From positions 62,001 through 87,830 of the IMG/VR virus record IMGVR_UViG_3300028840_004242: a stretch of 25,830 nt of DNA. One strand, written 5' to 3'. Every line of letters begins with the position of its first letter. Within the stretch, counting starts at the first letter, position 1. Origin of the DNA: an uncultured virus (IMG/VR IMGVR_UViG_3300028840_004242) (taxonomy: Duplodnaviria; Heunggongvirae; Uroviricota; Caudoviricetes). Shown here one piece after another: positions 8,551 through 16,393 of this stretch. The notes below the pieces were generated by a model. That model did not search any database. It saw only the letters and a program-made list of their open reading frames with translations, and was not told the DNA's origin. Position numbers and translations under genes: made by a program.

Positions 8551-9087
8551 CTATAACCTCATTGGCATTATTAGTGCTTTGCGCTCTCCTTGATGAAAGT
8601 AGTTGGGATTCTCGTCTCTTATATATCCCTCCCAAGGTCCGTCAGTCAGTATCTCCAACCACGTTATGTTCATACACTCTTTGCTCATAGTTCTTATAAT
8701 GGTTGCAAGAGCCCTGCTGTAACCAGGCTTGTCGTCTGAATCAAGATCAATGCTGACATATGGACCTGTCTCTTTTGCCCAGTCGTGGAGTATGTCCTTG
8801 TAGTCTGGGTAGTTCAGTGGTGCTTCTTCCACCTTGCATACAAACTCTATCTCCAGCATATTTCTATGCACCTTTTTAGGTTTATAGAAACCAGCTACTA
8901 AAGGAACATGTTTTACCCAGTGCAGTACAGAACCATTTGTGCTAACAGCAGAGCGATCCTCTTCTACCAGAAAATGGTTTACATGGAACCTCATGTCGCC
9001 TTTATCTATTGTTCTCAAAGGGCGTGCCAGGAAAGAGAGATTGTTGAACTCCACGTCTCTTCTCGTGTACTTCAGGGTCTTTGGCAT
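8551..9087 (-). CDS. Truncated DNA polymerase III beta-clamp-like protein
   Basis: DMRFHVNHFLV..AVSTNGSVL, NYPDYKDIL and C-terminal LIMPMRL match DnaN motifs; AGGAGG RBS. Confidence 0.7.
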   Translation of the reverse strand: MPKTLKYTRRDVEFNNLSFLARPLRTIDKGDMRFHVNHFLVEEDRSAVSTNGSVLHWVKHVPLVAGFYKPKKVHRNMLEIEFVCKVEEAPLNYPDYKDILHDWAKETGPYVSIDLDSDDKPGYSRALATIIRTMSKECMNITWLEILTDGPWEGYIRDENPNYFHQGERKALIMPMRL

Positions 9088-9289
9088 TTTGTACCTCCTG
9101 ATTGATTTGATAATTTTTATCAATACTGTAGTAATTGGATACGTAGGCGAAATGGTATCCTACTTTGTCAGCTAATTTGTGGAATAGGGAAGTGCGGGCT
9201 TTAGCGAAGGAGGAGGAGTGAGTGTAGAGTGTGTGAACTTCTCCGAACCAGTTGAAAGTGCCTTTGTATAGATTCTTTTTTACTTCCAT
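9002..9289 (-). CDS. Hypothetical protein
   Basis: 95-aa ORF, YKGTFNWFGEVHTLYT. Confidence 0.6.
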   Translation of the reverse strand: MEVKKNLYKGTFNWFGEVHTLYTHSSSFAKARTSLFHKLADKVGYHFAYVSNYYSIDKNYQINQEVQNAKDPEVHEKRRGVQQSLFPGTPFENNR

Positions 9290-9414
9290 GAAGCGTATCC
9301 CATGATGTTAGCGAACACGAAAAGGGCATAAAGTAAACCAATTAATCCAATTATGTCCTTAATCCACTCTGGAACCTCTTCCCATCTTTTTTGTATTCTT
9401 CGTATTGTTTTCAT
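9280..9414 (-). CDS. Small membrane protein (44 aa), probably leaderless
   Basis: Manual translation MKTIRRIQKRWEEVPEWIKDIIGLIGLLYALFVFANIMGYASWK; ATG at the predicted TSS. Confidence 0.55.
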   Translation of the reverse strand: MKTIRRIQKRWEEVPEWIKDIIGLIGLLYALFVFANIMGYASWK

Positions 9415-9420
9415 ATCTAT

Positions 9421-9449
9421 AGTATAGTATAAAAGGCCGGTGCTGTCAA
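9421..9449 (-). promoter_or_regulatory. sigma70-type promoter TTGACA-17-TATACT
   Basis: Near-consensus; TATCTTG family. Confidence 0.85.
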
Positions 9450-9463
9450 GATAAATTATAAAT

Positions 9464-9820
9464 TTAAATCATACCTTTAGTTGGACACTCATCTATATCT
9501 TCATCGTCGTGCTGTACAATAGCAATTGGAGTTATGTCGTAGTTTCCTTCTTCAGGGCTACTCAGTCCTTGCACTTCGAGAAACCTTTTCTGTGTTTCCT
9601 CATTGAGATCGTCAAAGTAAATTGGGAATTCTATCATTTTATTTTCCTCCTTTTCATATTTCCTTTTTGCTTCTTCCCATCCTTCTAAGAAATCTTCCAA
9701 ATGATGTTTATACCACCATGACTTTTTAGGGTAGTCGAAGAAATCTTCAGGATTAGTTTCTCCTGGCACAAATGCGTTACGTCCTTTTCTTCTGTATCTT
9801 CCTGGAGAGTGTGTGCCCAT
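9464..9820 (-). CDS. Hypothetical two-part protein with internal start at 9637
   Basis: GAGG RBS at the start; second GGAGG-N8-ATG in frame (MIEFPIYFDDL). Confidence 0.6.
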   Translation of the reverse strand: MGTHSPGRYRRKGRNAFVPGETNPEDFFDYPKKSWWYKHHLEDFLEGWEEAKRKYEKEENKMIEFPIYFDDLNEETQKRFLEVQGLSSPEEGNYDITPIAIVQHDDEDIDECPTKGMI

Positions 9821-9881
9821 TTTTCAATTCCTCACTATGAAAGGTATTAGTGCCAAAACAATGATCCAAAATATGATTATT

Positions 9882-10271
9882 TCATCCATTTTTCCTTTTC
9901 TCCCATTCTTTTAAGAAGTACTCGTCCTCTCCTTTAATCATTATTTTAATCCAATGGTCGACTTCTTCCAAGCAGTCATCGTACATTTGGTCTGACTCCA
10001 TGAGGGACTGGAGGAAATAATCATACTCGTTAGCTACTTTCTTCCAGTCACCATTGCTTTCTTTTATCAGCTTTGGTAGGTCATCAGGAGTACCTATTCC
10101 TCCTAAGAGCCCTAAGTTACCCATACCAAAATGCCAACCCGCTGCAATGGCTTCCTCTTTTGGTAACTTACCAAATGTTGTGCAATAAGAGCAGATACCA
10201 TATTTCTCCATATCTGTGCTGTCGTAGGGGTACAGTTTGCTCTTACATTTCGGACAATACTTCATCTTCAT
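9882..10271 (-). CDS. Hypothetical protein with N-terminal Zn ribbon
   Basis: CPKC...CSYC; acidic C-terminus. Confidence 0.65.
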   Translation of the reverse strand: MKMKYCPKCKSKLYPYDSTDMEKYGICSYCTTFGKLPKEEAIAAGWHFGMGNLGLLGGIGTPDDLPKLIKESNGDWKKVANEYDYFLQSLMESDQMYDDCLEEVDHWIKIMIKGEDEYFLKEWEKRKNG

Positions 10272-10387
10272 TTCCCTTCGTGGTTTTTATTTACTGCTTG
10301 TCATAGCATTAAAAGCAAAAGTTCATGCAGAATTCGTCAAATGAAAGCGTGGGATTTACGATTCTGTACGCTATTAAAACTGCAATT

Positions 10388-10600
10388 TCAGCGCAGACGA
10401 GTAATAATGTCACCAGTTTCAAAGTTCATAACCAGTTCATTACACTCACTGTTTTCTATCCATAAGCTGATGGTTTCAAATCTTTCTCCCGCCTTATCAA
10501 ATACTTTATAAAGAGTATCGGCTACGAGCTTTTCTCTGGTGAAACCATCTGCTCCCTTGAAACCTTCTATCTTTTCGTCCAATTTAATTACGATACGCAT
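10388..10600 (-). CDS. Hypothetical protein
   Basis: AGGAG RBS, MRIVIKLDEK start. Confidence 0.6.
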   Translation of the reverse strand: MRIVIKLDEKIEGFKGADGFTREKLVADTLYKVFDKAGERFETISLWIENSECNELVMNFETGDIITRLR

Positions 10601-10602
10601 TT

Positions 10603-10821
10603 CTATCTCCTTCCTACTTCCCACATCCTCTGTATTTCTCTCAGTATTTGGCGACCATAAGAGGAGGCAGAGAGTGGAGCCCTGTTTACCTCACTGATGA
10701 TAATTTTATCTTCAGCCCAGTCATCATCTAGGTCTTCAAAATCAAAGTCTACTGGGTAATCTTCTACAATTTCCCAAGTGTTTAGGACTTCGCCTTCATT
10801 GTCGGAGAGTGTGAGTCTCAT
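10603..10821 (-). CDS. Small highly acidic protein
   Basis: EDYPVDFDFEDLDDDWAED tract. Confidence 0.65.
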   Translation of the reverse strand: MRLTLSDNEGEVLNTWEIVEDYPVDFDFEDLDDDWAEDKIIISEVNRAPLSASSYGRQILREIQRMWEVGRR

Positions 10822-11020
10822 GGCATTTCCTTTCTACCGCTTTCTGGGTGGCTTCAAATATCTCCCTGTGTTCTTCTGGGGTCAAACAGTCACCGCATAT
10901 ACCTTGGTACTTTTCTCGTATATGTTGTGGTACACCCCAGATTGACCTATTTGTGGTTGCTAATACCTTACCGCAACCTCTTCTGCATTTAACTGTATAG
11001 ACTCTAATCTTTTTTGGCAT
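10796..11020 (-). CDS. Small Zn-finger-like protein
   Basis: CRRGCG...ICGDC; AAGGA RBS. Confidence 0.65.
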   Translation of the reverse strand: MPKKIRVYTVKCRRGCGKVLATTNRSIWGVPQHIREKYQGICGDCLTPEEHREIFEATQKAVERKCHETHTLRQ

Positions 11021-11042
11021 TTTGCTTTCCTTTTCTCAGGAT

Positions 11043-11100
11043 TTCTCAGCATCTTTTCTCACTACTACCTACAACAGCAGTGAGAAAAGAGGTTGAAGAA
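11043..11100 (-). other. Long intergenic RNA stem (processing site or terminator)
   Basis: TCTTTTCTCACTGCTG/TAGTAGTGAGAAAAGA, 16 bp with G-U pairs on the minus strand. Confidence 0.55.
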
Positions 11101-11102
11101 TC

Positions 11103-11315
11103 CTAAATGAGTCCTCCAAGTACCAGTACACTGTTTACCTTGCCACCTTCACATTCCCAGCAATCGTAGTTGCTGGCGTCAGGCTCCACGTCACGGATTG
11201 CGTGGCATTTGTCGCAGATTCCCACAGCGATACCGTCTACTGAGTCTTCCAGCATACCCATCACTGTGTCATAACCAGACGCTTCTTTTGCTAATACCAG
11301 TAAGTTTTCTCCCAT
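11103..11315 (-). CDS. Small Zn-ribbon protein
   Basis: GICDKC..VEPDASNYDCWECEG..VNSVLVLGGLI; AGGAG RBS. Confidence 0.7.
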   Translation of the reverse strand: MGENLLVLAKEASGYDTVMGMLEDSVDGIAVGICDKCHAIRDVEPDASNYDCWECEGGKVNSVLVLGGLI

Positions 11316-11328
11316 GACTCTAATCTCC

Positions 11329-11508
11329 TTAACTGTAAATTTTGCCGTACGATCTCATTATCCGCAATACCAGCACGTTGCACTCTGCAAAGCGGCACTC
11401 TGAAGCGAGTCTCTTAGCTGTTTCCCAACGGGGATCGTTTAAGTAGCGGTCTTCGTGAGATCTTGGACGGCGGGGTTTATATTGATGTTGCTCTTGGGCC
11501 TCTTCCAT
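11329..11508 (-). CDS. Hypothetical protein
   Basis: AGGAG RBS, MEEAQEQ start. Confidence 0.55.
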   Translation of the reverse strand: MEEAQEQHQYKPRRPRSHEDRYLNDPRWETAKRLASECRFAECNVLVLRIMRSYGKIYS

Positions 11509-11659
11509 TTCAGTCGCTCCTTTCCTTAGCAAAGGCTAAAGTGAAGAACCGAGATGATAGCTATAATTGCTACCATCAATCCAATGTAAATGTCCAATTT
11601 CATGAGCTATTTCCCTCTTCCTTAGTCATGTGCTCACCAATTTCTTAGCTTGCACATAT

Positions 11660-11688
11660 AATGTAGCATGTTTCCATTCGCCCTGCAA
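11660..11688 (-). promoter_or_regulatory. sigma70-type promoter TTGCAG-17-TACATT
   Basis: TATCTTG family, TG extended -10. Confidence 0.75.
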
Positions 11689-11697
11689 GATATTTTT

Positions 11698-12078
11698 TCA
11701 TACATACTCACGCACCTGATATGCTACGTTGGGACCAGCGTGATCGTTGTATTCATCACATTGGTCTTGTGCTTCCTGCTCGTCCTCAAAGATCATCACC
11801 TCACCATCACGCTTGCACCAGGACTCAGCAGGTCCCATATGGCTCAGGGAGGACCGCATGGCCCATATGCCCCACCTTCTGCTTCGCTTCTCCACCTTCT
11901 TCATCGCTTTCAGCACCATCATCAAGTACTCCTGCCTCATGTCCAGCCCAGTGTACTCTTCCACAATCTCCATCGCCTCAATCAGCTTATCCCGTTCTGC
12001 CACCGTCAAGCACCGTTCTATCGCCCTGTCCAAATCTCCACCAGTTTCTGCTTTATTATACTCGTCTTTGAAACTCAT
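11698..12078 (-). CDS. Hypothetical protein
   Basis: GGAGGTG RBS; AESWCKRDGEVMIFEDEQEAQ C-terminal domain. Confidence 0.65.
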   Translation of the reverse strand: MSFKDEYNKAETGGDLDRAIERCLTVAERDKLIEAMEIVEEYTGLDMRQEYLMMVLKAMKKVEKRSRRWGIWAMRSSLSHMGPAESWCKRDGEVMIFEDEQEAQDQCDEYNDHAGPNVAYQVREYV

Positions 12079-12156
12079 ATTCTTCACCTCCTTCCCAGTG
12101 CAGTAGCACTTACCACATAGCTTATGCCCTCTCCACATAAGCTATGTAATCATGAG

Positions 12157-12360
12157 CTATTGTACTTGCCATGGTTGCAGTACTAAGTCAAGTGGGTCAA
12201 CCTGCTCCATTAATGTGAAGCGCCCATAGCGTTTGTGGTATGAAACGCCACACTTTGGGCATCTCCAAAATGAACCGACACCAGGTGCACCAGCCTCACC
12301 TTCGTAGTCAAGCGTATCATTACCACACCTGCTACACCCTTCAAAGTCTTTGATACACAT
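12157..12360 (-). CDS. Small Zn-ribbon protein
   Basis: CSRCG...WRCPKCG; AGGAGGTG RBS. Confidence 0.65.
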   Translation of the reverse strand: MCIKDFEGCSRCGNDTLDYEGEAGAPGVGSFWRCPKCGVSYHKRYGRFTLMEQVDPLDLVLQPWQVQ

Positions 12361-12373
12361 TTTGCACCTCCTT

Positions 12374-12574
12374 TTAAAGTTCCTCATCAAATGCTATGTG
12401 CTCATCTAAATGCCCGCTGCTGTAGCATGGGTCAGCGGGGTTGAAGTCACCAGTCCGTGCTGTAATACACGCATCCGTACAGCACTCGTCAGTAGCCCGA
12501 AACCAGTGTATGTTTTTAGCGCATCCACTTAGTATCAGACCTGCTAAAATTAGCGCAAAGAGTTTCTTTTTCAT
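12374..12574 (-). CDS. Small lipoprotein
   Basis: MKKKLFALILAGLILSG|C signal peptide II lipobox. Confidence 0.7.
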   Translation of the reverse strand: MKKKLFALILAGLILSGCAKNIHWFRATDECCTDACITARTGDFNPADPCYSSGHLDEHIAFDEEL

Positions 12575-12846
12575 GGTAGCAACCCGTCGTATGTGATGTA
12601 CATGTTTGAGTTACGAAAATAGACAAGACCACGTGTTTCTTGGTCGTGGTCACATTCCCAGGGCGTTGCACAGCATCCTTCATCCGCTTTGAAGCATCCG
12701 TCGTCATATTCCCACAACAGTCTGTAATCGTCTACGACCTCTCCGCATTTCATTTCACCGTGTACCGCTTGCACCCAAACGCTGTCAACATCCACACGCT
12801 GTACCGTACCGTCTTGTTTTCTAATTGAAAACCGCATACTTTTCAC
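12571..12846 (-). CDS. Hypothetical Cys/Asp-rich protein
   Basis: GGGGAGG RBS directly after a promoter. Confidence 0.6.
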   Translation of the reverse strand: MKSMRFSIRKQDGTVQRVDVDSVWVQAVHGEMKCGEVVDDYRLLWEYDDGCFKADEGCCATPWECDHDQETRGLVYFRNSNMYITYDGLLP

Positions 12847-12875
12847 CTCCCCTCTTTTGCTGTTTTGTTTTCGCT

Positions 12876-12923
12876 TTTCATATTAATAATGTAATACATT
12901 TCATGTGGTTATACAAGATATTT
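12876..12923 (-). repeat. 48-bp exact direct repeat, copy 1 = promoter TTGTAT-17-TACATT
   Basis: Identical to 14196..14243. Confidence 0.9.
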
Positions 12924-12993
12924 TGTTTATATTTTAGCGGATAACTCTGCTTGCACCTCACCTCCCCAACACACATTAAACTGCGCTACCCGC

Positions 12994-13368
12994 CTAGTAC
13001 CGTATGCTTACACTCTTACCAGCAAAGCGACCTTCTAAAATGTAAACCCGTGCATGGTAATTGCGAAAGCACCCATACAGCATGTGCTCGTTCTCCGTGT
13101 AGTACCGCTGCACTATCCGTGCCTTAAAAGCCGCTACATGATCGTACCGCAGTTTCTTTTGCCAGCGACCATTCCTGCACCAAACTTCTATAATGTCACC
13201 GACTCTGTTACCCTTTGACCCAGTGCAGAAATACCTTTCTCGCTCCACTACTCTGTAGCCCGTGGGCATGCGTCTCATGAACCCATAGTCCTTAAACTCA
13301 CACGCTACCCTACATTTGTAGCTGTCGCCCAAAAGCTGCGGGCCTTTTTGTGGTAAATTGTTACTCAT
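12994..13368 (-). CDS. Hypothetical basic protein
   Basis: 124 aa, overlaps the upstream stop. Confidence 0.55.
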   Translation of the reverse strand: MSNNLPQKGPQLLGDSYKCRVACEFKDYGFMRRMPTGYRVVERERYFCTGSKGNRVGDIIEVWCRNGRWQKKLRYDHVAAFKARIVQRYYTENEHMLYGCFRNYHARVYILEGRFAGKSVSIRY

Positions 13369-13630
13369 CGACCAGTTCTCCTCTCACTTCTAAGTCAATA
13401 ATTAAACCCACCATTGCCACCATATCACACTCAATTCCAGTGTGCTCCAAGCAACTAACCAGTCCGTTTTCGTTGTCAATACTCAGTTTAAACCCATGTG
13501 TGTCGTTTCCATCATCTGCTACCCAACTCACCTCAACCCAGTCAGCAGTATAATCAATTCTAAATTGTCTATCCCCGTAGTCGCCAGAAACAAACTCATA
13601 ATAATCAGTTCTTTCTTTCACCCTCACCAC
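13361..13630 (-). CDS. Small acidic protein
   Basis: GGGAGG RBS, D/E-rich. Confidence 0.65.
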   Translation of the reverse strand: MVRVKERTDYYEFVSGDYGDRQFRIDYTADWVEVSWVADDGNDTHGFKLSIDNENGLVSCLEHTGIECDMVAMVGLIIDLEVRGELVDE

Positions 13631-13757
13631 CTCCCTTCTTGTTTTAATTTTCGCACGTTAAAACTGCAAATGGTTACTTAGTTTGCGCTTGCTTATTTCG
13701 CGGACATTGCATGATCTTTTCTTTCTAATGCACAAGCAAGCACAAAATAAACACCAC

Positions 13758-14162
13758 TTACGACAACACCGCCATCAGATCGTCATAGTCTTTAAACTCG
13801 TAATTGTCGCAACTGTATAAATCATGGTCCCTTTTCACCCAATCCAAATAGTTTTCACATGCTACCCAAACTTCGTTTCTGTCATAATCCAGATCGAAGC
13901 ACAACAAATCCCATTGCCCATTGTCTATAATGACCGCTTCGTGCTTGTCGTGGTGCATTACGAAAGAAACACGGTAAGGTGTAGTGCCCTCATACTCGCT
14001 GATGACCGCGGTACAATTACGACCGTCACCCTTAACAGTCCAAACTCTGTGCTCGTGACTCGTTTCAGGGTTGGGGTGCAGACCATGATTCTGTGCTGCT
14101 TTCCTATCCTCTTCAGCACTCGTCACCCTGCTCTTATAAATTTCTCGCTTCGCTTTTATCAT
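13758..14162 (-). CDS. Hypothetical protein, first gene of the early operon
   Basis: GGAGGTGA RBS after a promoter; acidic C-terminal half. Confidence 0.7.
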   Translation of the reverse strand: MIKAKREIYKSRVTSAEEDRKAAQNHGLHPNPETSHEHRVWTVKGDGRNCTAVISEYEGTTPYRVSFVMHHDKHEAVIIDNGQWDLLCFDLDYDRNEVWVACENYLDWVKRDHDLYSCDNYEFKDYDDLMAVLS

Positions 14163-14195
14163 CCCTACTCACCTCCCTTCTTTGTGTTTTCTTGC

Positions 14196-14243
14196 TTTCA
14201 TATTAATAATGTAATACATTTCATGTGGTTATACAAGATATTT
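14196..14243 (-). repeat. 48-bp exact direct repeat, copy 2 = promoter TTGTAT-17-TACATT
   Basis: Identical to 12876..12923. Confidence 0.9.
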
Positions 14244-14859
14244 CTTACACATACCCATAAAATTTATCACACCTATCCATTAAAAATTTCTAACAATTTC
14301 TCACTAATATTTTCTCACAAATTTCTCAGCAACCTAATCTTTTCTCACTAATCTTCTGACCACATCGACTCAACCACATCAGTAATCGTTCCACAAACCA
14401 TCCCACAACAAATAAGTACCACCAAAGGCCACCGTACCATATCAAACAAGCTAATTAATAAGTCCATCCCTATTCTTTCCTTTCCAATCCAAGTTAAAAG
14501 TTATACACTTCACATAGTACATAGTATAGCATAGTAAAAATGGAGAACAAGATAATACTCAGGTATATCCGTTTATAGCAGTAGCATCATGGGAAGGTGC
14601 GAATCGTGATAAGGATAGTATCTTTCCTTTAGTATCGCAGTAGTAGCTAAGAAACAAAGTAAATAAGGGTAGGTATAGCTTGATTGATTGTATCGAATCA
14701 TGGAGTGCATGGGGTGTGGCGACGAGCCCAGGTATGAGCAAGAGCAGATGTGAGTACGAAAGCATATAATCATCTACACCTATCCTGCCCACACAGTCTT
14801 AATCAATCATATCAACCCGCGCCTACCCTCTGATTGCATAGTTTAACGACTCACGCAGG

Positions 14860-15198
14860 TTTACGGGCAAGAGCAGAGCAGGGCGTGGGTGAGGAGCAGA
14901 GGCTTCGGGCTTCATGATTTAGATAGTATCAGACCAGACCACGCCTGCCCAGACCAGACCAGACCATGGGCTACGAATGGATTAGAATGGGACGATTGGG
15001 AGGCTGCGTGGGTGAGCGTGGATTAGATTGAATCACATCAGACCAGACCGCGCCAGACCAGACCGTGGGGGTAGGGGTGCAGGCTATGTGGGATCACGGG
15101 CGTATAGGGATCACGGTAGGTCATGGCTGGCGGAGGTATACGGGATGGCGGATATGGCGTGGTCTGGGGTGGAGGTCGGGCTTCATGGGTTGTATGGG
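14860..15198 (+). repeat. Non-coding G-rich block with AGACC pentamer arrays and G-tracts
   Basis: (AGACC)n clusters at about 14931-14965 and 15039-15064; GGGATCACGG x2; nine or more GGG runs. Confidence 0.75.
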
Positions 15199-15220
15199 TT
15201 TCAGTAAATATTGCATATTT

Positions 15221-15263
15221 ATTGCATGTAGTTTATTTATTTAATGAAGCATATTTAGTAAAT
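15221..15263 (+). repeat. Left arm of 43-bp inverted repeat
   Basis: 40/43 match to the reverse complement of 16780..16822. Confidence 0.85.
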
Positions 15264-15482
15264 TTGCTTCATTAAGTAAATAACACCGCTTCATCATTTT
15301 GCTTAAAAATAATACATGTATATGTAATTAATACATGTATTATTTTTATATACAGTTAGTTTAAAACTAAGTAAATAACTACACTATTAAAAAATAGTGT
15401 TGTTACAAGCAAAATAATTTCAGTTAGTAAATTAATTAATTTTGTCATGTTTTTAGCTTTCTTTTTTAGTTGTTTAAAATAT

Positions 15483-15500
15483 ACAGCTTGACTTGCTTGC
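15483..15500 (+). repeat. Left arm of 18-bp perfect inverted repeat
   Basis: ACAGCTTGACTTGCTTGC; partner at 16035..16052. Confidence 0.9.
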
Positions 15501-15510
15501 AAGTTATTGA

Positions 15511-15981
15511 CTACGCAAAAACTGAAATTATTTTGTCTGTTTCGTTGTCAATTTTAAATGTAGCTACGTTGTGTGTAGCTAGATCGTAAATTGTACCCGA
15601 AACCGCTTTCAAGTTATTTTTGTAGTCAGCAATTTCATGCTTTTCAGTCAATATGCTTGCAATTTCACGTTTCGTGAAATTGTTTTCTTTCAGCATGTCA
15701 ATAATAAGTTTTCTGCGTGACCTCTTATTATTACTTGCTTTCAGCGTATTGTCTGAAAGTTTGTAATTTCGTTTGACTTCAGTTTCTTTCTTTTCGCTGA
15801 AGTCAAACAGTTTAGCGTTGTCAGCGCTTACGTTGTCAACAAAGTCAGCTAAACTTGCTTTATGTTTTTTTAGCAAGTTAGTCAGCTTGTTTTTAGCTGT
15901 ACTTTTTTCGTTGTCAGTCGTTGCGCTGTCAACAAACATACTGTATAATTTACTTGCTTTGCTTTTTTCTTTACTTGTCAT
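15511..15981 (-). CDS. DUF2786-like N-terminal helical hairpin plus winged-helix-like protein
   Basis: KASKLYSM..SATTDNEKSTAKNKLTNLLKKH resembles DUF2786; SRRKLIIDMLKE..KAVSGTIYDL is paralogous to 7628..8086; has its own promoter. Confidence 0.75.
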   Translation of the reverse strand: MTSKEKSKASKLYSMFVDSATTDNEKSTAKNKLTNLLKKHKASLADFVDNVSADNAKLFDFSEKKETEVKRNYKLSDNTLKASNNKRSRRKLIIDMLKENNFTKREIASILTEKHEIADYKNNLKAVSGTIYDLATHNVATFKIDNETDKIISVFA

Positions 15982-16034
15982 AATGCACACTTCGCTTTTC
16001 TGCTATTATTTAAAATAGCTGTTAAAGAAATTAA

Positions 16035-16052
16035 GCAAGCAAGTCAAGCTGT
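16035..16052 (+). repeat. Right arm of 18-bp perfect inverted repeat
   Basis: GCAAGCAAGTCAAGCTGT. Confidence 0.9.
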
Positions 16053-16178
16053 CATTATAAGTAATACAATAAAGTATTGCAAATAAGTATAACGAAATTA
16101 ATATTTTAATTGCTTTTGACATAGTAATATTTTTTAGCGTCAAATAAGTTGTTAATTTTGTAGTTTGTAATACATAAA

Positions 16179-16207
16179 AGTCTATATACTTTTAAGTCTT
16201 TTGTCAA
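16179..16207 (-). promoter_or_regulatory. sigma70-type promoter TTGACA-17-TAGACT
   Basis: Enclosed by the 10-bp inverted repeat TACATAAAAG/CTTTTATGTA. Confidence 0.7.
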
Positions 16208-16393
16208 GTCTTTTATGTACTTTTTATTTTTTTGTTTCGCTGTCATGCTATTATATAAAGCAAGTTTCATGCACAATAGCATATATTTGCATATTTTTTT
16301 TAATTTATTTATAAGTACTTAATATCATTACAAATATAAATATAAATTTATTTCTTATATACTACATTGTAGTATATGCTATATACTGAAAAG

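Noticed and set aside
10310..10332. Second sigma54-like site (CTGCATGAACTTTTGC, minus strand)
   Set aside because: Lacks GG and has the wrong -24/-12 spacing.
14559..14792. Two short minus-strand ORFs in the non-coding block
   Set aside because: Low-complexity translations with no convincing RBS.
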